Shown here in pieces: positions 32,611 to 40,849 of a stretch of 64,000 nucleotides of DNA. Source of the DNA: Candidatus Aldehydirespiratoraceae bacterium (GTDB taxonomy: Bacteria > Actinomycetota > Acidimicrobiia > Acidimicrobiales > Aldehydirespiratoraceae); NCBI GenBank assembly GCA_965221635.1, contig OZ244902.1, positions 1 to 64,000 of the forward strand, written 5' to 3'. The notes beneath the pieces are model-generated. The model made no database searches and was not told the DNA's origin. It saw only the letters and a program-made list of their open reading frames with translations. The translations under genes and the position numbers were made by a program. Positions within the stretch are counted from its first letter, which is position 1. The number at the start of each line of letters is the position of its first letter.

Positions 32611-32742
32611 CGCACCCCCAACCCCAGCCCGCCCCTAGTGAGCGGCGCAGCTCTACACCATCACCAGAGTGCCGCAGGTTCAACAGAGCGGGAGGGGACC
32701 GTCCCAGGTTGCCGCAGACCCACCCGCTCGGGGGCTCCGGTG

Positions 32743-34602
32743 CTACGTCTCCCTGTCTCCGGCCGGAACCAGCTTGAGGAAGCAGGACGGCTCGGTGGTT
32801 ATTTCTCCGTGGCGCGTCCGGCGGGTTCTGGCGCGAGTCAGCAGCAGCACTCGGCGTGCCCTGGTGACGGCGACATGGAAGTCCTGAAGTTCCGCGGTTT
32901 GCTCCTCTTGCGAGGTGGCGCGGTGATGCGGAAGCTGACCCTGATTCAAGCCCACCACGGCAACCGCTCGGTACTCCCTTCCCCGTGCCTGATGGATGGT
33001 CTGAAGCCTGATCCCAGGCGAAGTGTCGACGAACCACTGTCGACGAGCCACGAAGGTGGCGAAGTTGATCCACACTTGGGCGGACACGCCTGTCTCCTGC
33101 TGGAAGGATGACCAGGAACGCATCAGCAGATCGGCGTCTGCTTCCCACGCAGCTAGTTCATCCTCGGGCGTTTCGCTTCCGGGATCAAGGCCTGAGAGGT
33201 GCTTCATGTACGAGGCGGGATCCTCAATGGGCACAAGCCCGGCAAGTTGCCTCAGTGCGTGGTCCTCCTGGCGCTCCAGAACCGAAGCGAGTTCTTCAAG
33301 AGTCTGCATCTCGCGTTCGTCTGTTCCGAGTAAACGCGTCAGACGACGCCGCGCCGAGCGGTGATGAGCCACACTGCGGAAACAGGCCACTTCGAAGGCG
33401 ACCTTTCCGATAGTGGACGCCAGCCAAGCGTTGGCGGCGCTGGAACATGCCGGTTTGTGTCCCGCCTTCCGAAAGGCGGTTTCGGTGGCACTGAGGCAGC
33501 CGGCTGACCTGCCCAACACAGCAATGCTCTCGGCTTGGATCGAGGCCGATTCTCCGGGGACGAGGAACTGCTCCGGCATACCGTCAGCCATCATGCCGAG
33601 TGCCCAATTTGCGACAAAGTCACCCTCGGTGGCCTCGTTCGCTGCTTCTGTGACCATGACCGTGCCTTGGGCTGCGTAGATGGTTGAGGACAGATCTGAG
33701 CCGAGTTGCCCAAGGGCCCGCGAGACGGTGCCGCCGAGAGATGCGATCAGCCGGGCGGAACGGAAGTTGCGAGTCAGCTCATAGCACGTGGCGTTGTACT
33801 CCTTCTCAAACCTTCTCATCAGCAGCGGGTCAGCCCCCCCAAGCCCCGCAGTTGGCGCCTTGTGATCGCCTACGATCATCGTCTTGATGTGGTCCCCGCC
33901 TTCATCAGGCGGGGGACCGATGAGCGAAGCAAGTAGCGAGTACTGAGCCGTGGTGAGATTCTGGGCTTCATCGACGATCACATGCTTGTAAAGACGGGCG
34001 AGCAATTTCCGTATTGACGCAAACTGCAGGAGTTCCTCCGCACCGGTGAGCATGCTCCCGTAATCGACGGCCCCTGTCAGGGCCAGCGTCTCGTGCCACT
34101 CCCGAGCCAGTGGAGAGGGTTCTTCTCGGGCGCGCGCCAGGTCAAGGTGATGGAGTGTCGCGTGCAGGTCCTTGGGAACGGGGCGGCCTTCGTCCACAAG
34201 GTGGCGCTCCAGCACCTCCGCTCGGTCCATGTCCCTGCTGAGCACCCCTATATCGACTGGAAGGCCAATCTTTGTGCCGTGTTGGCACAGGAGTGAGTGT
34301 GCGAAGTCGTGGATGGTTTGACAATGCACCCGGGAGTGCTCCACGCCCAAACGCTCGCGGATGCGGTCGTCCAACACCTTGACAGCCCCGATCGTGTGCG
34401 AAAGCGCAAGCACCCGAAACGGCTTACCCGTAGACTCCCGCCACAGGCGCTCGATTCGACGTGCCACCACCTCGGTTTTCCCACTGCCGGCGCTTGCGAC
34501 AACCAGAATCGCGGGAGCGTCGCTGTATACGGCCTCCCTCTGTTCAGGACTCAGCAGGTAATCGGTGGTGGAACTCATGATGATCTCACAGAAGCTTCGC
34601 AT
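32743..34602 (-). CDS. gajB: UvrD/PcrA-like superfamily-1 helicase (GajB-like)
   Basis: Walker A ASAGSGKTE, motif II VIVDEAQNL, motifs V and VI (TIHQARGREY, VAVTRARR). It lies in the low-GC island, just downstream of and overlapping the OLD-family gene. Alternative starts are ATG 34578 (7-nt gap) and TTG 34605. Confidence 0.85.
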   Translation of the reverse strand: MRSFCEIIMSSTTDYLLSPEQREAVYSDAPAILVVASAGSGKTEVVARRIERLWRESTGKPFRVLALSHTIGAVKVLDDRIRERLGVEHSRVHCQTIHDFAHSLLCQHGTKIGLPVDIGVLSRDMDRAEVLERHLVDEGRPVPKDLHATLHHLDLARAREEPSPLAREWHETLALTGAVDYGSMLTGAEELLQFASIRKLLARLYKHVIVDEAQNLTTAQYSLLASLIGPPPDEGGDHIKTMIVGDHKAPTAGLGGADPLLMRRFEKEYNATCYELTRNFRSARLIASLGGTVSRALGQLGSDLSSTIYAAQGTVMVTEAANEATEGDFVANWALGMMADGMPEQFLVPGESASIQAESIAVLGRSAGCLSATETAFRKAGHKPACSSAANAWLASTIGKVAFEVACFRSVAHHRSARRRLTRLLGTDEREMQTLEELASVLERQEDHALRQLAGLVPIEDPASYMKHLSGLDPGSETPEDELAAWEADADLLMRSWSSFQQETGVSAQVWINFATFVARRQWFVDTSPGIRLQTIHQARGREYRAVAVVGLNQGQLPHHRATSQEEQTAELQDFHVAVTRARRVLLLTRARTRRTRHGEITTEPSCFLKLVPAGDRET

Positions 34603-36316
34603 CAAGCGATGTCATCAGTTCCCTCAACGAAGACGGCCAAGTGGCTGCATCACTGTGCTTCTCGATGAGCATCCGCGCCATCATTGCACCAACGTACCCC
34701 TTCACAGTTGCCAGCATCACAAGCGTCGCCTGATTCTCGCTCAGGCCTGGCCGAACGGCGAGGCAAGCTTCTCGGCAGAGAACTTCATCAAAGCCAACCA
34801 TCATTTGTTCGAATGCGCCCTGACCCTTGTCCGAAGCCGGAGTGTCTGACCGGATCCACACGATGCGCGACTCATCTCCCTCGGCAAGTCTTCGAGCTGC
34901 GTGCAGCCCGGGGCTGTCGCTATCGCTGAACAGCAACCAGGGAATGCCCACCAGCTTTGCGAACTTCACCGCAGCATGAGCTAGCGGATCACCGAGGCTC
35001 CCCGGATCGATCACGCACACACCATTGGCTCGGGATCCGAGGGCGTGGCTGATCACGGGTGGCAGGAACGCTCGCTCGGTCGCGCCGTCGCCGACAACAA
35101 CCGCCCCGGCGAACAACAGCTCACCAAAGGGTCGCTCGACCAGCCGCTTGAGCTTCTCCATTTCTTCGACGTGCATCCCCGGTCTCAATGCACGATGATC
35201 CGCCTCAACCTCACTTGGAGCAGGGCTCAGGTCGACCACGACAGTCGCGTCTTCATCCTGGCGGAGCAGCCGGATGCAACGCGGTTCCACCGACGTGACC
35301 ACATGGGAGGAGTGCGTGGATGCGATTACTTGACCGGGAAGTCGTTCGAGCAGGCCGGCGAGCTCGAACTCTGCCTGAGGGTGCAAGTGCGCCTCGGGCT
35401 CTTCGACGAGCGTGACGGGATGAGGGCGAGTTGAAGGTCCGTCTCTACCGAGTCTCCGTTCGTAGTTAAGCCCTTGAATCTGCAATGACGCCAAACTCCG
35501 AGCGCCGGCACCATGGAGCCGTAGGGGCAGAGCGCCACGCCCGGTGTCGAGGTCGATGTCGATCGACCGGGCGAGTTCCTCGAGGCGAGTCGGCAGCGGA
35601 TTGAGAGCGGGTTCGCCCAACGACGCCATGTGCCTGCCAAGGATTTGAAGCGAATCCCGAACAGCCTGCAACGCGGCGCTCTGGGCAACGATTCTGCTGC
35701 TCAGTGCAGCCAGTTGAGCTTCAAGCTGTCTTCTTGACCGGATGTCAACTTCAAGGTCACTGAGAATTCGCCTGACAGCGGAACCTCGTTTTGAGAGTTC
35801 CTCGAACAGGTCGCGTCGGGTGTCAACGAGCTCCACCGACAGCACTGATCGCTGTTCCCGACTAAGCGCGGAGGGGCGCGACGGGAGCGCCCACCTCTCG
35901 GTTCGCTCGTCAAACTCCAGTTGGCATGTCTCGGAACGCGCCCCAAGGCCCTCGCCTGACCTGACGATGCGGGTTCGCCAAGCGAACCGCTCGATGAGCG
36001 GGCCTTCGCTGATGACCTGTGCCTTGCCCAGGCGGTCAGTGACTGACTCCGAGAAAGTCTCCTCACCCGAGGGACTCGCAGTTGGGAGCGGGGCGATCAC
36101 GACATCCACAGATGGTGCGTGTGTGGTGCCCACCGTGAAGTCGTCCACTTCCGCCGGAGCACCAAGTGCCACCGCCAGGGCGCGCAGGACCCGAGACTTC
36201 CCCGCGTTGTTGCGCCCCACCAGCAGCGTCAAGCTTGGTTCCAACCTCAGCAAGCAGTCGTCAAGACCTCGAAAATGCTGAATATGACAAGTTTCAACAT
36301 ATACAGGTGCGAACAT
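34586..36316 (-). CDS. gajA: OLD-family ABC-ATPase/TOPRIM nuclease (GajA-like)
   Basis: N-terminal AAA_15/ABC-ATPase domain with Walker A LVGRNNAGKS, ABC-signature-like LHGAGARSLASLQ, Walker B VTLVEEPE and H-loop STHSSH. C-terminal TOPRIM domain with AVVVGDGATE and FSDSDSPG acidic motifs. Total 576 aa. Confidence 0.85.
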   Translation of the reverse strand: MFAPVYVETCHIQHFRGLDDCLLRLEPSLTLLVGRNNAGKSRVLRALAVALGAPAEVDDFTVGTTHAPSVDVVIAPLPTASPSGEETFSESVTDRLGKAQVISEGPLIERFAWRTRIVRSGEGLGARSETCQLEFDERTERWALPSRPSALSREQRSVLSVELVDTRRDLFEELSKRGSAVRRILSDLEVDIRSRRQLEAQLAALSSRIVAQSAALQAVRDSLQILGRHMASLGEPALNPLPTRLEELARSIDIDLDTGRGALPLRLHGAGARSLASLQIQGLNYERRLGRDGPSTRPHPVTLVEEPEAHLHPQAEFELAGLLERLPGQVIASTHSSHVVTSVEPRCIRLLRQDEDATVVVDLSPAPSEVEADHRALRPGMHVEEMEKLKRLVERPFGELLFAGAVVVGDGATERAFLPPVISHALGSRANGVCVIDPGSLGDPLAHAAVKFAKLVGIPWLLFSDSDSPGLHAARRLAEGDESRIVWIRSDTPASDKGQGAFEQMMVGFDEVLCREACLAVRPGLSENQATLVMLATVKGYVGAMMARMLIEKHSDAATWPSSLRELMTSLDAKLL

Positions 36317-36403
36317 GCCTGAAATATACTGTTAATGTTCCCAAGAGCAAAGAGCGATCCCGACTTGCTGTCCGCCCAATGGCCGCAAGGCGGGCGAGGG
36401 GGG
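36317..36403 (-). promoter_or_regulatory. AT-rich putative promoter/5' region of the gajA-like gene
   Basis: The segment catgcctgaaatatactgttaatgttcccaagagcaaagagc is strikingly AT-rich for this genome. It lies immediately upstream of the gajA start. Confidence 0.3.
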
Positions 36404-37081
36404 TTAGGGGGCGGCGAGGTCTTGGGCTTCGGTGAAGGCCTTTTGGAGGCTGGTGGTGACCTCTTTGGAGAGGCGGGTGAGGGCGGGTCTGCTCATGCGG
36501 GTCTTTGGGGGGTGGATTGGTTCTGCGGCGACTATGGCGACCCTCACCCTTTTGGGCAGGCGGGTGCCCTCGGACATGGCCGCCTCGGTGCCGGCTATCC
36601 CCACCGGCACTATGGCCGCGCCGGTGCGTGACGCCAGCCAGCTCATGCCGTCGAACACGCCGGTGACCTCGGGGCCGCTTTGGCGGGTGCCCTCGGGGAA
36701 CACGACCATCGCCTCACCGGCGCGCAGGATCGCCTCGGCCGCTCGCATGGCTTCGCGGTCGGCTTCGCCGCGGCGCACCGGAAAGGCCCCGATTGACGCC
36801 ATGAACGCGGTGAGCACACGGTTGGGGAACAGCGATTCCTTGGCCAGCGACCGGAAACGACGCTTGCACAGCCCGCCGATGAGCGGGCCGTCGAGATTGG
36901 AGCGATGCACCGGGGCGATGATCAACGGCCCGTCGATGTTGAGATGCTGCGCACCCCGGTGCCGCACCCTGAAGTAGCGGAACGCCACCACGATCACCAG
37001 CCACCGGATCGTGCCGTACACCAGATGCGAGGCCCGTCGAGCCGCTATGGCCTGAACCCTGCGCTGCAGTTCGGACTCCAT
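36404..37081 (-). CDS. 1-acyl-sn-glycerol-3-phosphate acyltransferase (PlsC-like)
   Basis: HX4D motif PVHRSNLD and FPEGTR motif. ATG verified at 37081. The upstream ORF-track start at 37546 is rejected. Confidence 0.8.
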   Translation of the reverse strand: MESELQRRVQAIAARRASHLVYGTIRWLVIVVAFRYFRVRHRGAQHLNIDGPLIIAPVHRSNLDGPLIGGLCKRRFRSLAKESLFPNRVLTAFMASIGAFPVRRGEADREAMRAAEAILRAGEAMVVFPEGTRQSGPEVTGVFDGMSWLASRTGAAIVPVGIAGTEAAMSEGTRLPKRVRVAIVAAEPIHPPKTRMSRPALTRLSKEVTTSLQKAFTEAQDLAAP

Positions 37082-37140
37082 GGCGCCCCTTGTTCTAGTC
37101 CGCCAGAGCTTGCAGTTTGCGCCTGGGCCTGCCGCAGCCG

Positions 37141-37260
37141 CGGCCGGTTGCCGCAAGAGTGCCGGGCTTGCCCCTACAAGACTGGGCTTGCCGCAAAGAG
37201 GGTGGGCTCGCCGTAACAGCACTGGACTTGCCGCAACAGCACCGGGCTTGCTCACGATTG
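37141..37260. repeat. About 20-bp degenerate tandem repeat (actgggcttgccgcaacagc-like), 5–6 copies
   Basis: Read in the divergent intergenic region between the plsC-like gene and the SDR gene. Confidence 0.7.
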
Positions 37261-37307
37261 TGCCGCCGGAGGGCCGCAGCGGGCGGGTGACGAGGCCAGA
37301 CTTGGCC

Positions 37308-38087
37308 ATGGCCCAACTTGAAGGCAAGACAGCGATCGTGACCGGCGCAGGCGAGGGAATCGGACGGGCGGTGGCCCGAGCGCTTGTGGCCGAAGGCGCG
37401 CAAGTGATGATCGCGGAGATCAGCGAACGCCTCGGGCGAGAAGCCGTCGACGAGTTCGGCGACGCGGCGCGGTTCGCACACACCGACGTGGGCGACAAGG
37501 ACTCCGTGGAGCACATGGTGGCGCGCACCGTCGAGGAGCTCGGCACGGTTCACGTGCTGGTGAACAACGCCTGGGGCGGTGGCGAGATCAGCCGGGTGGA
37601 GCACAAGACGGACAAGGGCCTCGCCCGGGCCATGGCGGTGGGCTTCTACGGGCCTCTGTGGGCAATGACCACAGCCCTGCCGGTGATGAAGGACCAACGC
37701 TGGGGCCGGGTGGTGAACATGTGCTCGCTCAACGGTGTGAACGCCCACATGGGCACCGCCGAGTACAACTCGGCCAAGGAGGCGCTGCGGGCCGCCACCC
37801 GCACAGCGGCGCGCGAGTGGGCGCCGTGGGGCATCACGGCCAACATCGTGTGCCCGGCCGCGAAGTCGGCGAGCTTTCACCGGGTGATGGGCCAACACCC
37901 CGAACTGCTCTCAGCGGCCGACGCGTCCAACCCGATGGGCCGCATCGGCGACCCCGACACCGACATTGCGCCGGTGGTGGTGTTCTTGTGCAGCGAATCC
38001 AGCCGTTACCTCACGGGCAACACGCTGTTCGCCGACGGTGGCGGTCACATCAACGGCTCGGCCTGGAAGCCCGACCTCGGCGACTGA
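37308..38087 (+). CDS. SDR family oxidoreductase
   Basis: Motifs TGAGEGIGRA, NNAW and YNSAKEA. ATG at 37308. Confidence 0.85.
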   Translation: MAQLEGKTAIVTGAGEGIGRAVARALVAEGAQVMIAEISERLGREAVDEFGDAARFAHTDVGDKDSVEHMVARTVEELGTVHVLVNNAWGGGEISRVEHKTDKGLARAMAVGFYGPLWAMTTALPVMKDQRWGRVVNMCSLNGVNAHMGTAEYNSAKEALRAATRTAAREWAPWGITANIVCPAAKSASFHRVMGQHPELLSAADASNPMGRIGDPDTDIAPVVVFLCSESSRYLTGNTLFADGGGHINGSAWKPDLGD

Positions 38088-38270
38088 CCGCTCGCTTCAC
38101 CTCGACCGCGACGCGTGTGGACGTGTTGCGGGAATGTGCGAACAAGGCCATGCCGCGCAACCATCGGCGGCGTCACTCGCAGACCCCCGGCAGGCAGCAC
38201 CACAGGCAGCACTTCCGGACGTGGAGTGCGTGGCCTCACGCGGGTGGGGGCGGTGGTACCGTCGGCGGCG

Positions 38271-39131
38271 ATGTCCGACCACCCGTCCGATGGTGACCAT
38301 GGCGGCTCGCCGTTGGGCAGCTACGGCGACGGGTTCATCATTGTGGAGCGACCACAGGACGATGTTGCACTGTTGCGGCTGAATCGGCCTGAACGCATGA
38401 ACGCCATGGCGTTCGCGGTGATGGTTCCCTTCGCTGAGGCGCTGCGGGCGATCAACAACGACAACAACACGCGGGTGCTGGTGATCACCGGCGCAGGTGA
38501 CGCCTTTTGTTCGGGCGCGGACCTCACCAACGCCGGCCGCCCTCCCTACATCGACGGCCTAACCCCGGCCACGATCGCGCACCGCGCCGCCGATCGGCTC
38601 CACGAGGTGATGGAGCTGATCCACGGGCTGCACCAACCGGTGATCGCGGCGGTGAACGGGGCGGCCGTGGGTGGCGGGATGTGCCTCGCTCTGGGATGCG
38701 ACATCCGTGTGGCGTCCACCAATGCGTGGTTCCGTCCAGCGGGAATCAACAACGGTCTCACCGCATCCGAACTCGGCCTCAGCTACAACCTGCCCCGCGC
38801 CGTCGGGAGCTCACGAGCCTTTGAGATCATGCTCACCGGGCGCGACGTGGACGCCCACGAAGCCGCCCGGATCGGTCTGGTGAGCGAAACCGTGGAACCC
38901 GACGCCCTGCTGGATCGCTGCTGCGAGATCGCAGGCCGGATCGCCTCGTTCAGCAGGCCCGGCGTGGAACTCACCAAACGAATGCTGTGGGCCGGCATGG
39001 AAGCCTCCGGCTACGGCGCGCACATGCGAGCCGAGATGAACGCGCAGCTCCTGGTGAAGATGACCACCCGCAACTTCGAGGAGGCCATCCTCGCCAGACG
39101 GGAAAATCGCCCTCCGGTGTTTCTCGACTAG
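38271..39131 (+). CDS. Enoyl-CoA hydratase/isomerase (crotonase) family
   Basis: Oxyanion-hole motif GAGDAFCSGADL and the AAVNGAAVGGG motif. ATG at 38271. Confidence 0.85.
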   Translation: MSDHPSDGDHGGSPLGSYGDGFIIVERPQDDVALLRLNRPERMNAMAFAVMVPFAEALRAINNDNNTRVLVITGAGDAFCSGADLTNAGRPPYIDGLTPATIAHRAADRLHEVMELIHGLHQPVIAAVNGAAVGGGMCLALGCDIRVASTNAWFRPAGINNGLTASELGLSYNLPRAVGSSRAFEIMLTGRDVDAHEAARIGLVSETVEPDALLDRCCEIAGRIASFSRPGVELTKRMLWAGMEASGYGAHMRAEMNAQLLVKMTTRNFEEAILARRENRPPVFLD

Positions 39132-39244
39132 CAGCCGGACTCGCTGCTCATCCCACCGGGCGGGGCTGGGTTTCACCGTCACCCACCAAAGTCGGGGCGA
39201 ACAAGCGCCCGTGGGAGCGGAACCTTGGTGAACCAGCACCTGGG

Positions 39245-40702
39245 TCAGGCAGTTTCGATGGCTTGGCGGACCCGTCCCGACTTGAGCGCGGCGTGCATGC
39301 CGCCAGCGGCTTCAACCTGTTGCATCTCGGCCCATGCTCGTTGTGCCAGCGAACGAGTGAGGGATTCCACGTAGTAGGAGCCGCCCGCCGGATCCGCGCT
39401 GCGAGCCAGGTGCGACTCCCCCACCAGCAGCAGAGAGGTGTTGCGAGCCAGTCGCCGACCCAGTTCCGACCCCGACCCTGCGTCTGAGCCCGACGCTTGG
39501 CCCGACCCCGACGCTGGGCCCGACCCCGACGCTGGGCTTGAGCTTGTATCCGGATGCGATGCAGCATCCGAGTTCGACTCGGCGCCAGATTGCGGCCCGG
39601 CGTCCCGGCCCGGATCGGCGTGATCGGGTCCGTCGGTGGTGACTCCCTCGCACACGTCGAAGGGCAGAACCGTGATTGCGTCGGCGCCGCCCACACCCGC
39701 GGCCAGCGCCGCGCTCGTGGAGCGCAGAAGGTTGCTCCAACGGTCGCGTCGGGTGAACATCGACTCCGCAGTCAGCACGTGCTGGTGCTGCAACGCCGCA
39801 TCTTGGGAACCCCCGGATGCCGTGATCACCCGTGCCCACATCAGGCGTGCCGCCCGCAACGCAGCGATCGTCATGAACTGATCGGCGCCCACGGCGAATC
39901 GGAACCCAATGAGCCCTGCCGCCTCGTCCACGGAAACGCCCGCGGCCTCACCGTGGCGCAAGTACTCGATGCCGGTGGCCAACGCCCAGCCGAGCCACTG
40001 CGCCTCGGTGGCGCCGGCATCGCAGTAACGCACTGCGTCCACAGTGAGCGCCATCGGAGCCCGTGGCGGGCCCTCAAATCCCTGCCGGTCGTCGCCCGCC
40101 CCAGCCTCTCGGGCCCGGAGCGCCAATCGCGCCGCCTCGGCCACTGCACCGGTCACCACCTCACGGGCCGGAAGGTTGCCCGAGCCGGCCCACTCGCCGA
40201 GCGGATCAACACCCAGAGTGCTGCCCGGCGCGGCCGCGGCGGCCTCCGCGAACAACTCCCCCAGAGCTGCGGCGGCGCCCAAATCGAGGTGGGGTGACAG
40301 GCAAACCCCCGTTTCGCCGAGGCTCACTCCCTCCAACAACTCCCCCGCACAGGGAATCAACGAAGCGTCAAGCTCCACGGAGGTGACTCCCCCTGCCAGG
40401 TCGTCCAACAGCGCTGCGCGCAATTTGGGCAGGTCGCCGCCGCGAAGTTGGCTGCGTATGTCCCACCCTCGGCTCAACCGTCGAGGCTGAACCACACCAC
40501 GCTCGGCCCCATGCCTTGCCACAACCGCATCGGCGTCGCCACCGTCGGCGTCATCGGCCACATAGAGCGGCTGAATGTCGATGCCGTCACGGGTGGCACA
40601 CACCAGCACGTCGTCGAAACTCCGCCCGCGCAGCACCCGCTCAACAAGTTCCATCCAACGCCCATGGTCACCACCACGGGCAGTGTCAGTCGCGGCCATC
40701 AC
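39245..40702 (-). CDS. Methylmalonyl-CoA mutase family protein (small/beta-subunit-like) with internal Ser/Gly-rich repeat linker
   Basis: The MCM TIM-barrel region (VDAVRY...FAVGADQFMTIAALRAARLMWA) is followed by an S/G-rich low-complexity linker encoded by an in-frame 18-bp DNA repeat. Confidence 0.65.
   Translation of the reverse strand: MMAATDTARGGDHGRWMELVERVLRGRSFDDVLVCATRDGIDIQPLYVADDADGGDADAVVARHGAERGVVQPRRLSRGWDIRSQLRGGDLPKLRAALLDDLAGGVTSVELDASLIPCAGELLEGVSLGETGVCLSPHLDLGAAAALGELFAEAAAAAPGSTLGVDPLGEWAGSGNLPAREVVTGAVAEAARLALRAREAGAGDDRQGFEGPPRAPMALTVDAVRYCDAGATEAQWLGWALATGIEYLRHGEAAGVSVDEAAGLIGFRFAVGADQFMTIAALRAARLMWARVITASGGSQDAALQHQHVLTAESMFTRRDRWSNLLRSTSAALAAGVGGADAITVLPFDVCEGVTTDGPDHADPGRDAGPQSGAESNSDAASHPDTSSSPASGSGPASGSGQASGSDAGSGSELGRRLARNTSLLLVGESHLARSADPAGGSYYVESLTRSLAQRAWAEMQQVEAAGGMHAALKSGRVRQAIETA
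39462..39545. repeat. Coding 18-bp tandem repeat (gcccgaccccgacgctgg-like, about 3–4 copies) encoding the (SGPASG)n linker
   Basis: Read in the sequence. The repeat period is a multiple of 3 and keeps the reading frame. Confidence 0.7.
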
Positions 40703-40705
40703 AAT

Positions 40706-40831
40706 GCCCCTTGATGATGTGGGGCCCCTTGATGCTGTGGGGCACCTTGATGCTGTTGGGCCCCTTGATGCTGTGGGGCACCTTGATGCTGTTGGGCCCC
40801 TTGATGCTGTGGGGCACCTTGATGCTGTGGG
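40706..40831. repeat. 18-bp tandem repeat (gccccttgatgctgtggg), 7 copies with alternating ccc/cac variants giving a 36-bp higher-order period
   Basis: Near-perfect copies. It starts 4 bp upstream of the MCM-like gene's start codon and ends near the stop of the next gene. Confidence 0.9.
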
Positions 40832-40849
40832 CGCCCCATGGGTGGGCGC

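Noticed and set aside
32638-33111. 157-aa plus-strand ORF at the left island junction
   Set aside because: It overlaps the helicase gene antisense. Composition is Gly/Arg/Leu-rich with no start context.
34565-34849. 94-aa plus-strand ORF inside the island
   Set aside because: Antisense to the C-terminus of the gajA-like gene, with no independent support. The island appears to hold only two genes.
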